64,000 nt of DNA from Hydrolagus affinis (Eukaryota): NCBI GenBank assembly GCA_012026655.1, contig JAAILG010000796.1, positions 1-64,000 of the forward strand. Reading direction: 5' to 3'. Numbering within the stretch: the stretch's first letter is position 1; every line of letters begins with the position of its first letter. The notes beneath the pieces were generated by a model. It searched no databases and had not been told where the DNA came from. It saw nothing but the letters and a program-made list of their open reading frames with translations. This document shows positions 52,612 through 64,000 of this stretch, piece by piece. The translations under genes were made by a program, and so were the position numbers.

Positions 52612-53056
52612 TTCTACTGTGGCCCTTGAATGGAGCGTTGTACATCAGTTTTAGCTTTGAAAATCTGATGAACTGGCCTATGTCCACTGTACAAAATTCT
52701 GCTTCATGAGTTCAACTTGTGTGAGCCTGCACTTAGCAGGAATGGATGGAGTGATAGTGAGAGTTAATTGATTTTATTTTTCTCTACACTTGATTTCTCA
52801 AAGCTATTAAAAAGTAGAGCAATGCTTTTAAGCAGCTCTCCATTCTACTGCAACACAGCAGACACAGGGACACTTAGCAATGAACAGTGCAAACCTGATT
52901 GTTATTTGTTATAAAGGAACACATATTATGGGATGTTGCAGAAAGTGTAGTTGATGTTTAATGACTGTCAGAATAATTTATTTGTATTGCTCTACAAAAC
53001 TGCATTATCATTTCAGTACATTATTGGTGCAAGGGTTCAATAATAAAAATAATTAC

Positions 53057-53340
53057 GTGTGAGATCTGTGTTCGAATCCAGGCAGGTCAGAGTGAAACCT
53101 TGGGCAAGTTTCCTTACTCCACACGCCTAATAATAATCCCTCCAAAAAAACAGAATAATAAAAAAAATTGGTCATTTCATTCCACGACTGTTTGTGCGAC
53201 ACTGCTGTGCGCTATTGGCAGCCGCATTTTGCCTACAAATATACTGTAGTCAATTCACTTTACAGTAAATTCTGTGAAGCGCTTTGAGAAATTGATAAAA
53301 TGTGAAAAGTGCTATATCAAATGCAAGGATTATTATTATA
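53057..53340 (+). mobile_element. tRNA-derived SINE, 5'-truncated
   Basis: Box B gttcgaatcc, body and (att)n tail. Confidence 0.9.
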
Positions 53341-53344
53341 TTAA

Positions 53345-53468
53345 AATAATAATAATCCTCGAATTTGATGTCGTGCCCTATCATGCCTTTGTGACGTCTC
53401 AAAGCATTTCACAGAATATACTGTAAAGTGAATTGACAGTATGTTTTGTGGATGAAATACGGCAGCAT
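53345..53468 (-). mobile_element. SINE 3' part, tail-to-tail with the preceding copy
   Basis: Reverse complement of the SINE tail region. Confidence 0.8.
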
Positions 53469-56042
53469 TTAAAATGCTGTTAGAGGCAGTGCAGAAGAAA
53501 GCAACTCGCATGATCCCAAACATCTTCAAAACAACCATGAAAGGTAGACAGGAAGTTGGTTTAACGTTTGATCAGAAAGATGGCATTGCTGACAATGCGA
53601 TGAACTCCCTGCACTGTACTGGAGAGTCAGCTTCAACTCTGTGGTTGTTAAAAACCGTCTGGTATTTGTCTTGAAATTGCCCTTTACAACTCACAACCAC
53701 AGCCTCTTATTTTTCTGTCTTGGTACAACCTAAAGTATTGACTTGGGTTTCTTTTTTTAATACCATCCAAAAATTCTAAATTTTTTGGAGACTGATCTTG
53801 TCTAATCTAATATTATTAATCCCAATAATAATAATTGCATGTGCATTTTAATAAGCCAGTTGCAACTTGAGTTGCTAATATGAAAAGTCATCCAAAATTG
53901 TTCTGCAAAATGGGGAATAATAGGCGTTCATCTCCAAAATATAGTGATTACTTTTTATAGTATATCCTGTGAATGGTTTGAGGTGTCCTCCTGATATGAA
54001 AAGCACAATATAAAAGGTAAGTTTTATTACTTTAATTAACTTTTAACAAACGCAGAATCCCTTGGCCAGACGGACATAATTTCATACTGTATAGTTCAAC
54101 AGCTGGCACGAGATAATAAGAGATAATGTAGTTAGGACATGGGACTCAATTAAGAAACAACTTGATGCCATTATTCGAGGAAGCTACAGCTGAAAGGCTT
54201 TTGTGATAAGCAAAGTAATGTCTTGAACGTGAGTGTTCTTTGTTTCATTGCATCCTGCAACAGTATTGAATGCACCGTATAAATTATCACAACTACTGAA
54301 GCATGGTGATAGTTAATAAGAAAAGTATTATCTCTTTGAAGAGGTTTAACAGATGTAAGTTAATGAGTTTTGAATCATTGTTTGCACTTGCAGAGGGAAA
54401 GAGGCTTTTCGAATCAGTCTTTATCTGAAAATACATGTGTGGCTCTTGGGCCTTGTTTTAAAGCCCAGCCCAAAACTCCAGTGTTGAGAGTTTCTCGAAG
54501 GTTCACAGGAACAAAAATGTTGAATAGCAGAGTGTATGAGGGAAATGATGAACATGGGGAATGGATGAGCTTTATGACTGATTTTGAAATAGCAATACTT
54601 GCTTTTTCTTGCCAAGATCAGCTGAAGAAACCTGTTAACCACTGAATAAATGTACATTATTTATCTGTCTTTTCCACCAAACAAATTATTACGGTAATTG
54701 TACGGATTCACACTCTTCGATTGCACTCCTCAATTTTGAATGATTGCGGTAAAGTGATAGCGGGTTTAAAAACAATATAGACATCTGCCATACAGGAACC
54801 ATCTGCCGGGGATATTGGAGCCAGTGATTGAAAGTTTTAGAGGAGGTGGGAGTTGATCTGAATCTGTGTTTTTGTTCCATGTTACAAACACGCAATGGTG
54901 TTCACTGAACTATAGAAATTCACAAAATAGTCTAGCTATGATGCAAGTTGTAATATTCAAATGAGTGTCCCCATAAATCAAGTTCTCTCCTCTTGCAATC
55001 TTGATCAATTCTCATTTTGCTTTAAGATGCTCGATATTGGGTATTGTGACACTGTCTGTCTTACATTCTGGAAAATGATTTGAACAAACACACTGGTTGC
55101 CAAGATGCTTCAGTGTAGGTGGAATTAGTCAAAAAAAATTCTATATTAGTGAAAAAAAATGTAGATCTTGATTTTTAAACCATCTTAAGTTGCGAACCAA
55201 GTTAAGTTCAAGAACTACACTTTATCTCTTTCTTCCAAATTAATGACAGTTTGAAAAAGACTCAGTCACAGAGATCAGGTAATGTTTCCTTTTCCGATTC
55301 ACATATCTCTACTATGGTGGTGTTGCAATGAAATTAGTTCATCCATTACCTGTGTTTATAGAATAGAAACAGATATTTACAGTGCAGAATTAGGCCATTC
55401 AGTGGCTTTTAGAGCAATCATTTCATTCAGTCCCACTACCCTGCCCTGTTCCTTCTACCATTCATATAACTGTCTATATGTTTCTTGAAATCCCAAATGG
55501 ACTTTCTCTACCATCTTACTTGGCCGAGTGAAAAAATGGCTAAGCTCTTCTTTTGCTTTTCATGTGACTATCTTATAATTACGGCCTCCAATTCACTGAT
55601 TCCACTGGAAATAGCTTCTCCCTATTTACCTTGTCAAATCCCCACAGTCTCTTTCTCAATCTTGAGTACTGTATTATACTATACTACACACTACATGCTC
55701 TCCTTCAACCCACCACCCACACCCCCCCACCCCATCCTTGTACCCCCCCACTCCCTAACTAACCAAATCGACTCAGTGCCATATAAAGCCTTCCATATCT
55801 AGATGACACCACATGTTTCTGTGGAGAAACTGCTAAAGCTATTTAGATATTAAACGAACAATGTATATTCTGGCTATAGTACTGTGCAGGAGAAGTGCAG
55901 TGACTTTCTTATTGGATAAGTGACAAAACTCCTGTGTGCCAGATGGACACATTGATTTCAGCAAAACTCTTTCTCTTCTCAGTGTATCTATTTTGGGGCA
56001 AATCATTTAGAGGTAGACCTTGTTTCCAGCTTGTTCTCTCAG

Positions 56043-56410
56043 GAACATAGGAACAGGTCTAGGCCATTCAGCCGCTCAAGCCTGTTCTGCCATTCTATTA
56101 GATTCTGTCTGATCTGTACCTCAATTCCATTTACCTGTGTTTGCTTCATATTCCTTGACACCCCCAACCAAAAAAAAATTCTAACTCTTGATCAGTGGAT
56201 GGAAAGTGGTCTGATCATTAATATTATCTCTGTGATTTATCAGTTAACACATCCATCCCCTCCCTTTAATTAACCCTTGTAACTAATGCAGTGTCAGTCC
56301 TGTCAATCTATCTTGATAACATGGAGCCTTATTTACTGAGCTATTTCAGCATATCAGTATGAAGGATTAATGCTAAAACTGCACACATTACTCCAATGTG
56401 GCCATTCCAA
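56043..56410 (-). mobile_element. Degenerate CR1 LINE 3' fragment
   Basis: gaacataggaacagg..aggccattcagccgctcaagcctgttctgccattc tail, like 16594-16680. Confidence 0.65.
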
Positions 56411-57614
56411 TGATTGAACAGGATTAAATAATCCATTTCAATTTACAAATGAATGCCCTTGAGATGCTTCCCAAGGTTTGATTCATCTTGTAAACAGCTT
56501 CCAGGTGACTTGCTGCTTTTGATAAATAGTCACAACCGTAACAGGAATAAAATCCTTTCCCAGTTCTATGTTGTCATGGAAATGAATGAAAATTCATTCA
56601 TTGTGCAACCAAGTTTTATGACTAGTGACAATTATGGTGTCTTCATTTCCATTGCATTCCATTCACCAAACCAAGATCTTCTCCTTATTACTCCAGATCT
56701 GTTTGTATGACAGTTGTCTCCTTCCTGGCAACTCGATTGGTAAACTGTACAGAGAGAGAGAAAATTCCACAGGACTCAGTTTGTAAGCACTATTTGTCTG
56801 TGTTTCACAGACTGAATAGATTCCAGGTCTAAATTTGTGTCTGCTGAAGTTGCACATCCAAGTCCGCACAACAATACGACTGCTGCGATTAGCCTCAGGA
56901 CTGTGACCATTGCAGGGAAAAAGGAGCAGTGCCTTTTGAACACATTGCTTTCAGCGATCTCACCAGATAGTGTGTGGATGGTGGTGTGTGGCAACATCAT
57001 TCTCGCCTGTGTTGGTTAAGGTTCTTGTATGAGCTGGGGTTATGAGGAAGTAGGAGGAGGAAGAGGAGAGGATAAGTAAAAATGATCGGGACAGGGAGTT
57101 GGATATTTCCCCAACGGGAATAAGTCTTCTTAAAACTCCCAAATAAATACTGACAGAGTAACATGGGCAAGAGCACATTTGCAGGTTGCTGGTTGGAACT
57201 TTTAATTTGTGAATGATGTATGGTCTAGAGAGAGATTTTTACTCCTGTACAAAATTGTGAAACCAGTGATATCACGAAAGCCAGAACATTTTTTAGTGAT
57301 TTCATAAAATGGCTGTTTCACTTGGGGCTTTGTGAAATCTCTAAAATACTTAGGGATTTCATGAAATCAGTGAAATTAGGAGTCGGGGATTTTATGAAAT
57401 GACTAAGTGATCATTTCATCTTACTGATAACTTTGCCTTGACACTTGTTAGCATTATCAATTAAAAATGACACATTATGAATAGCGTTATTTTATTTACC
57501 ATAAAACTTCACGTGACATTTCATTCACTAATGAAGATTTTCACTTAAAAAATGTATTTACTGAAGAAAGCAAAGCATTGGCATTATTATGTCAATGTCA
57601 ACAATTTAAATTGG

Positions 57615-58350
57615 TCTGGAACCTTGGCATCTTATTTGACCTTCAACTGTCCTTTCTATCCCACATCCTTTCCAAGCCTCGCTCGCCCTTCCCCCACCTC
57701 CACAACATCACCCGGCTCCATCACTGCCTCACCTCTCACGCCATCAAAACCCTTGATAAATCCTTGTATTTATCACGTCTAGGCTCGACTACGCTAATGC
57801 CCTGCTTGTCAGCCTTCCTAATTCTTCCCTCCACAAGCTGCAGATCAATCAGAACTATGCAGCTCATGTCCACTCCGTCACCCTACAACCCACACCCTCA
57901 CTTGTATCCCTGGCTCCACATCACCCAGGGAATAGAGTTCAAAATTATCGTCTTCGCCTTAAAGGCCCATCACGACTTTGCTCTTTCCTACCTCCTTGAC
58001 CTGCTAACACCATATTAAACTGTCCGCTCCCTCTGCTCATCAGATTTCATGTCCCCGCCAGGCCGCCCCACCATCGGCTGCCGGGCCTTCAGCCTCTCTG
58101 CCTCCACCCGCTGGAATTCTATCCCACAGTCCCTTTGCCTTGCACTATCCCTTGCCTCCTTCAAGGCACATCGCAAGACCCTCCTGTTCGACCACGCCTT
58201 CGTCCACCCTCGTACCCCTACCTTCACTGCCCTCTACTCCCACCTGATGCCAACCACCAGCTTGGATCCAAATTTCTGACTGTCCAGCGCCTCGGGACAT
58301 CCTCTCAGATTGAAAGACAGTACACAAATGCAATTTGTTGTTGTTGTTTA
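57615..58350 (+). mobile_element. L2 LINE 3' fragment
   Basis: VWNLGILFDLQLSF..HLHNITRL and IGCRAFSLSASTRWNSIP..FKAHRKTLLF; (ttg)n tail. Confidence 0.9.
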
Positions 58351-59450
58351 CTGTAGCATGTTACAGGTGTAATATATAATGTGTGTATATAAAATATATA
58401 TCTAGTGCACAGCTTTGACAAATGAGCTTTTTCCCCCATAAGCTAACTGTGCAGTTAGCTTCCAGCCTCTGAGTATATCAGTTTCCAATATTTACACAAA
58501 GCTGCCGCAACTGTTTCCACACAGGGCTTGTCAGCATCAATTGAGGAAAGTATTTGTTTTCAGTAAGAAGCACTAGGAAATTCATCCTAACGGCTTTCTC
58601 CAGTTACAAGCTAATGGCACTGTTTGGTGTGAGCTCAGAAGCTGAGTTCGCCGCACTTGTATTTCGTTCAATAGTTTCCGCATGGCCACTTCCACAAGAC
58701 ACTCGCAGTGTGGTTACGGGGATAAAAATCGTCGGGAGTGAAAAGTACCATGTGCTACATTCTGCTCTAACATCTTTTGTGTTGCAGCAGAGGATAAAGC
58801 TATCAAGCTATGCACAAAATGAATCATCCAGGTTTCCTGGATGGGCGTTGAGGTCAGCCTGACTCAGTCATTGGTCGTGACGCTCAGTTATTGGTAGGAT
58901 CACCCTGGCTCAGTCAGTTGTGACGTGAAATGCTTTGAGACATCCTCCCGATATACCAAATGTAAAGATGATTATTGTTGTTAATGACCTGCCTGTGACT
59001 GATGAACTAAATTGTGTATGAAATGAGTGAAATTTGCTCTTTGCCTAGCATAGTTCATTTAACTGCAGCCTGAGAATGATGATGACTGAGCAACGTGAAC
59101 TATGGTAATTACAACAAACATTTCTTCTAATTATGGAAATGTTCAATGGCCTTAAGATCTGCATTAGTGTAGGATAGCATGTCTCACATCAATTGTAGCC
59201 GTTTTTCCACCACTGATGGATCTTGGCACCAATAATGTTTCAAGGAACTGATTTTAAGCTGTTGTGTTGAGGAGTAAATTAGAAACTAAGAGGAGAGAGA
59301 AAATAGACCTGTGTGCATTCCAGTTTGATTTCAGGATGCACTGAACTGGAATAACCGCGCTGGTGGAAAAAACAATATTCACAAACTTTAGCTCTAAACA
59401 CGCATTTTGGAACTAATGCAAGATGGCTTTCCAATTTTGCCATTTCTAAG

Positions 59451-59757
59451 GAGTCCTGTAGCTCAGGGATTAGAGCACTCACCTCACAAGTGAGAGACCT
59501 GGATTCAATTTCAGGCAGGGCAAAACCTTGGGCAAATTTCCTTACTCCACATGTCTGATAATAATCCCTTGAAAAATTCAATAATAAATTGATCTCTTCA
59601 ATCCATGAAGATTTGTGGGATACTGTTGTGCACAATTGGCTGCCGCATTTCATCCACAAATATAGTCAATTCACTTTCCAGTATATTCTGCAAAGCGCTT
59701 TGAGACACAGAGAAGACGTGAAAAGCTGTATCTCAAATGCAAGGATTATTATTATTA
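59451..59757 (+). mobile_element. Full-length tRNA-derived SINE (short subfamily)
   Basis: gagtcctgtagctcag head and (att)n tail. Confidence 0.9.
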
Positions 59758-61371
59758 GTACAGTAGTATTACAGCTTTTTACTTCTTCACATCCATTCCT
59801 GTTCACTGGCTGCATCACGGTTCCAGTACACAGATGTCCAAAGAAAGAGAAAATTGCCCTGTTTCCTCCAACACTTACAGCATAGAAGGCCATTCGGGCC
59901 ATCCTGTGTGTGCTGGCTCTTTGAGAGAACAATCCATACAGTATCATTTACCTGTGAAACTTTGGAGCCTTTGAACTCCAGGAGCAATGCTGGTGTATCT
60001 CAGTACCTGAGGCTTTAACATCTGGCTACTTCCAACTATAATGTAGCATTGAAATATTTGCCTGGGAATATTCATATCTTAGCAGAAAGCCATTTGGCTT
60101 GGCTATGCTGGTGAATCTCACTCGTTATGAAGGCAGTCTGTGAATCCGTTATCAGCCAACTTTTGAGTTGTTTTGCAGGAAGCAGGGCGATTTCCTCTTT
60201 TTTTGATCATGATGAGATTTCATGGAAGTGACGTGAAGATGTGTCTCAGCATAATTTAACATTGTGCGTTGCACATTTGCCAAACATTTTTCTGCACGGA
60301 TTGTGCCTCTTTTATGTGGATTCATCTTTGCAGATTACAAGAATAAATGGACTATTCTTTGGTATGGAAAGATTTTCTATATACTTAATGTCTGACTCCT
60401 ACTAATTCCCTTGAATGAGTCCATACATAACGAAGAAGAAAAGGTACCTTTTATCTGCCTGAAGCATGTTTCAGCAGTCGGAGGCTCTCCAACTTTGTGG
60501 AGCTTTTCAGTTGCTGGTGAACAATGTACGGTAATGAGAGTCACACAGTGTGTGGTACGGGGAGCTCAAAGCAGCCATCACAGACAGCACGACAGCACAT
60601 CCCAGCTTTTACAGATGACAATAGCAGCACTTTAGTGAAGAAAAGATTCTGACTGTTTTTTGCCTTTGACATTTGCCAGCTTGTGTATCCGGCATGCTCA
60701 AGATGTAAAGATTACACTCATAGGGCAGTGCGTGTTAGGAGCTGTGGATTGGCAAATCAACATCAAACAGATTAATTTAAAATAGACATCAGTTCTTCTG
60801 CAATAATCCTCTACATGTATCCCTGTTGCAAGGCCGCCTTGGGTCAAATGTATTCCTCACGAAACCTGAAGGTCTACAAATGCAGAGGCGTCAGAATGAA
60901 TTATTCTAAAAAGAATCTTGCAAGAATGTAGCTTTCATGTTTGCATCGTAAGTCATTGTAGTATTGTGGAGCAAAGTCGAGAGATGAGAACGAGGCTTGT
61001 ACAGGGGATTGACTTTTTCCTCCACTTCAACTTGAAAGCAATCCCAAATCTGTTTAAACATTTTTAAACAAAATGTCCAGTGTGCTCCCTCACTACCTTC
61101 TTCTTCGACCTTGCTTTTGTTTATCTTTCCCCTTAAGACACACCCTCCTTGGACCCCATCGCCAATTGTGGTGCCCAGTCAGAAATGAAGTGTTTTGGGA
61201 CATCCTCCTGACATGAAAGATGCTGTACACATGTACATTTATACTCTATTGTATTCTGAGAAATGGACTGAAAAAATATTAAAAAATATGTAAATGCATC
61301 ATGAAAATAGTATAGAAAAACTGTGTATTGTAGCTTTAACAATTACATTTTAACAGTGCTTGTGGTAGGAA

Positions 61372-62045
61372 GTCCACCTCCGCAAAATTGCCTGACTCCA
61401 CTCTGCCTCAACCCTCAGGCCTTCTGAAACCCTCATACACAAATTCATCACCTCTGGTTTAGACTACGGAAACTCCTTCCTTCCTTGTTGGCCTCCCCAA
61501 CTGTTTCCTCCACAAGCTGCGGATCCTTCAGAACTCTGCAGACCATTCAGAACTCTGCAGCTCGTGTCTTCTCTTGCAGCAGGCAACGTGACCCCATCAC
61601 CCCGTCCTCATCTGGTTCCCCATCCCTCAGAGGATAGAATTCAGAATCCTTGTCCTCACTTTCAAGGCCCTCCACTGCCTTGCCCCTTCTTACCTCTCTG
61701 ACCTGCTGACTCCCTATCAACCTGTCTACTCCTTCTGCTCAGTAGGCTCCAGGCCTGCTCCAGATCTCCCAACTGACCACCCTACCACCCTACCATCTAC
61801 CATTCAGCATCTCTGCCTCCACTTTTTGTAACTTCATCCCACAGAACCTTCGCTTTGTTTCCCTCGCTTGCTTCCTTCAAGGCACAACTTTTTGACCATG
61901 TCTTCAGCCGCCCTCCTACCCTCTCTGCCCACCCTCATCCCAACCCTGCCCCACATGCTTGGATCCTAATCCATGACTGATTAGTGCCTTGGGATGTCAT
62001 CCTGATGAGAAAGACGCTTCACAAATATTTTTTTGTTGTTGTTGA
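61372..62045 (+). mobile_element. L2 LINE 3' fragment
   Basis: Homologous to the other L2 copies (tggttccccatccctcagaggatagaattc..); (ttg)n tail; short internal duplication of ttcagaactctgcag. Confidence 0.85.
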
Positions 62046-62529
62046 TTAAAGACCCCATGACATGATTCTAAAGAGAATTGTCCTGACCCATAATTCTTCA
62101 GATAAAATCAATCATTCACTTAAATGGCTGTTTATAGGACATTGTTGGGCATAACCTTGCTGTCACATTCACCTGCAACACACTGCGTTTCACAGTAAAT
62201 CCTGTGGACATTTTGAGATATTGCAAGAATGTGTTAAACTGCTTCATCAAATTCAAGGCTTTGTGTTAGTTTATTCTTGCATCAAAACTGTGGTGTGTCT
62301 AACAAATTATGCATTGCGGGGCAATGCATAATTTCTGAACTCAGACTGGTCGTATCTATTTTCGATGCAGAGGGTACACCAATCCATGTCTGGCAGAAAC
62401 ACTTCCTCAAGGTGTTGGGTTTCAATAGGAATTATGAGGCTCGGCTCCTTATTTATGCTCGAGCAGATTAGTTTGCATCAATTTCCAGCTGTTTGTTCCG
62501 AAACTGAGCATAGGATGTAGTGCAATACA

Positions 62530-63095
62530 TTATACACTTATACAGCATTTTTCATGTTGGAAGGATGTCCCAAAACACATTAAAGGTGTAGTGTGGGCAC
62601 CTGAGTTGGGAATTCATGCAGAGTTACAGGGAATTGCAAGATAAGGTGAAAGATGACTGAAAGCAAGTTCACAAAGTTACATTTCTGAGACGGACTTCAA
62701 ACAAGGTGAAGGAGGGCGTGAACCAAAGGGGTGAAGTTCCAGAGAATGGGGCAGAATGCTTAAAAGTGCACCCACCCAGTAGATAGAGCAGAGGACATAA
62801 TGCAGGCCAGTGCTTGCTGAACGAAGGAACTGCTGAGTTTGTAGGTGTGAAGAAAATCACAGAGCTAGGGCGGGGCGAGACCTTGGATGAATTTAAAGAT
62901 GAGAACGAGGATCTTTAATTTGAACCGCTAGGAGATGGGAGCTAGCGTAGCCCAGGGGATGGGAGTGATAGGCTCGTGGAATATGATGCAGGAGAGAACA
63001 CATGCTGTGGAGATCAGGACAGTCTGCAGTTTGTGTTGGGAAGAGCTGGAGAGTCTGACTACATAGATGTGGAAATGCGTTCTGAGAGGTGAATC
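62530..63095 (-). mobile_element. Older, degenerate L2 fragment
   Basis: L2-type tail and ggatgaatttaaagatgagaacgaggatctttaatttgaacc segment. Confidence 0.55.
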
Positions 63096-63641
63096 CCATT
63101 GTCATTGATCAATGAGATCAGCAATGTTCCAGTCACTTAATCTCCCCATTCATCTGAGTACACAGCTACACAGTATTTCTGCTTATTCTTCAAATTACTA
63201 AACAGAGCCCCATTCTGTATGTGTGAGTGAGTGTCTCCGTCTGCCCGCATGTGTTTATGCAAGTGTTTAGGGAGTGAAAAAAGCTTTACCGTGACTTAAA
63301 ATAGCCTACATACCACATGCATTCTTACTAAACCACCACTGCAACAAAATAACGTGCATTTACACAGTGCCCTTTGCACAAAAGAGAAGCTCAAAGCATA
63401 TTGTAATGACTGCTGTGTTGTGTGTGTGCCTTTGTGTTTGTTGTAGCACTTTTCACGTCTTCTAGACATCTCAAAGCGCAGAATATACTGTAAAGCGAAT
63501 TGACTGTATATTTGTGGGTGTGAATCACATTCAGCAGCAAATCATGCGGTGATCATAACAAATTGACATTTGTGTCTTTCAGGACTTTTGGGACAGTGAA
63601 CACAGTGGATCCAGGAGTGGGCGCTGTCCACCTCACTGAAA

Positions 63642-63735
63642 ATGCTGGGAAGGAAGGACAGCCCTGGGTCCAGCTGGGTTTCCTTGGTTCTATTGCTGGT
63701 TAACTTAAGCGCAGCACTGGAAGTTCCTCTCGATC
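63642..63735 (+). CDS. NRCAM: First coding exon (signal peptide and mature N-terminus) of an L1-family Ig cell adhesion molecule, most likely NrCAM; exon spans 63583-63735
   Basis: Acceptor tgtgtctttcag at 63571-63582, in-frame upstream TGA at 63597-63599, aaaATG at 63642, and 31 codons MLGRKDSPGSSWVSLVLLLVNLSAALEVPLD plus 1 nt before a phase-1 donor gtaagt at 63736. The hydrophobic core and ALEVPLD match the recalled NrCAM N-terminus (...VPLILFLCQMISALEVPLD). Neurofascin (..IEVPLD/IEIPMD) is the less likely paralogue. Confidence 0.85.
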
Positions 63736-64000
63736 GTAAGTTCAAATGCACTAAAAGTATCCTCGTGTCAGCTCTCAGAAGTGGAGAATGACATTCGCCC
63801 TTTGTAATGCAGTGCAAGGAGAGTAGACATGATGGCGAAATCTATTGAATGGTGAAGGACCAGTTTTTTTTTCTCCATTGGAGCTCTCCCTAGTTTTCCT
63901 ATGGGAATGAGTCCACGCATGTGAGATACCCATGGAGAGAATCAAAGGGGAGGTTCAAAAAGATTTCTATATGTAGAGAAGGTGGAATTCTCTGCCACCA

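Noticed and set aside
58440-58461. Palindrome aagctaactg-tg-cagttagctt
   Set aside because: Isolated 10-bp arms, plausible by chance in 64 kb.
58855-58925. Short spaced repeats (ctcagtYattggt / gtgacg)
   Set aside because: Only two or three degenerate units resembling a duplicated SINE-head fragment; not a CRISPR-like array.

Overview
Vertebrate genomic DNA, most likely a cartilaginous fish (inferred from the repeat families: DeuSINE-type and other tRNA SINEs with L2 tails, CR1 and L2 LINE fragments, and a shark-type Penelope-like repeat). The window appears to be the long 5' intronic region of an L1-family neural adhesion gene on the + strand. The only convincing host coding sequence is a signal-peptide exon at 63583-63735 (ATG 63642, MLGRKDSPGSSWVSLVLLLVNLSAALEVPLD), best matching NRCAM with NFASC as the alternative; it is too short for the ORF track. 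A CpG-rich probable promoter surrounds a 100-N gap at ~4.2-5.4 kb, and there are candidate non-coding exons at ~12.0-12.3 kb and 45.1 kb. Most of the rest is SINE/LINE debris plus several MITEs. The most unusual observation is that both pogo/Tigger-type MITEs (22703-23738 and 46623-46980) carry an inverted copy of DNA lying within ~0.7 kb outside the element. In the larger one, the 315-bp copy sits in the centre of a 22-bp palindrome with an 8-bp duplication. All analysis was by eye, family names come from recalled consensus features rather than database searches, and boundaries of degenerate repeats are approximate.
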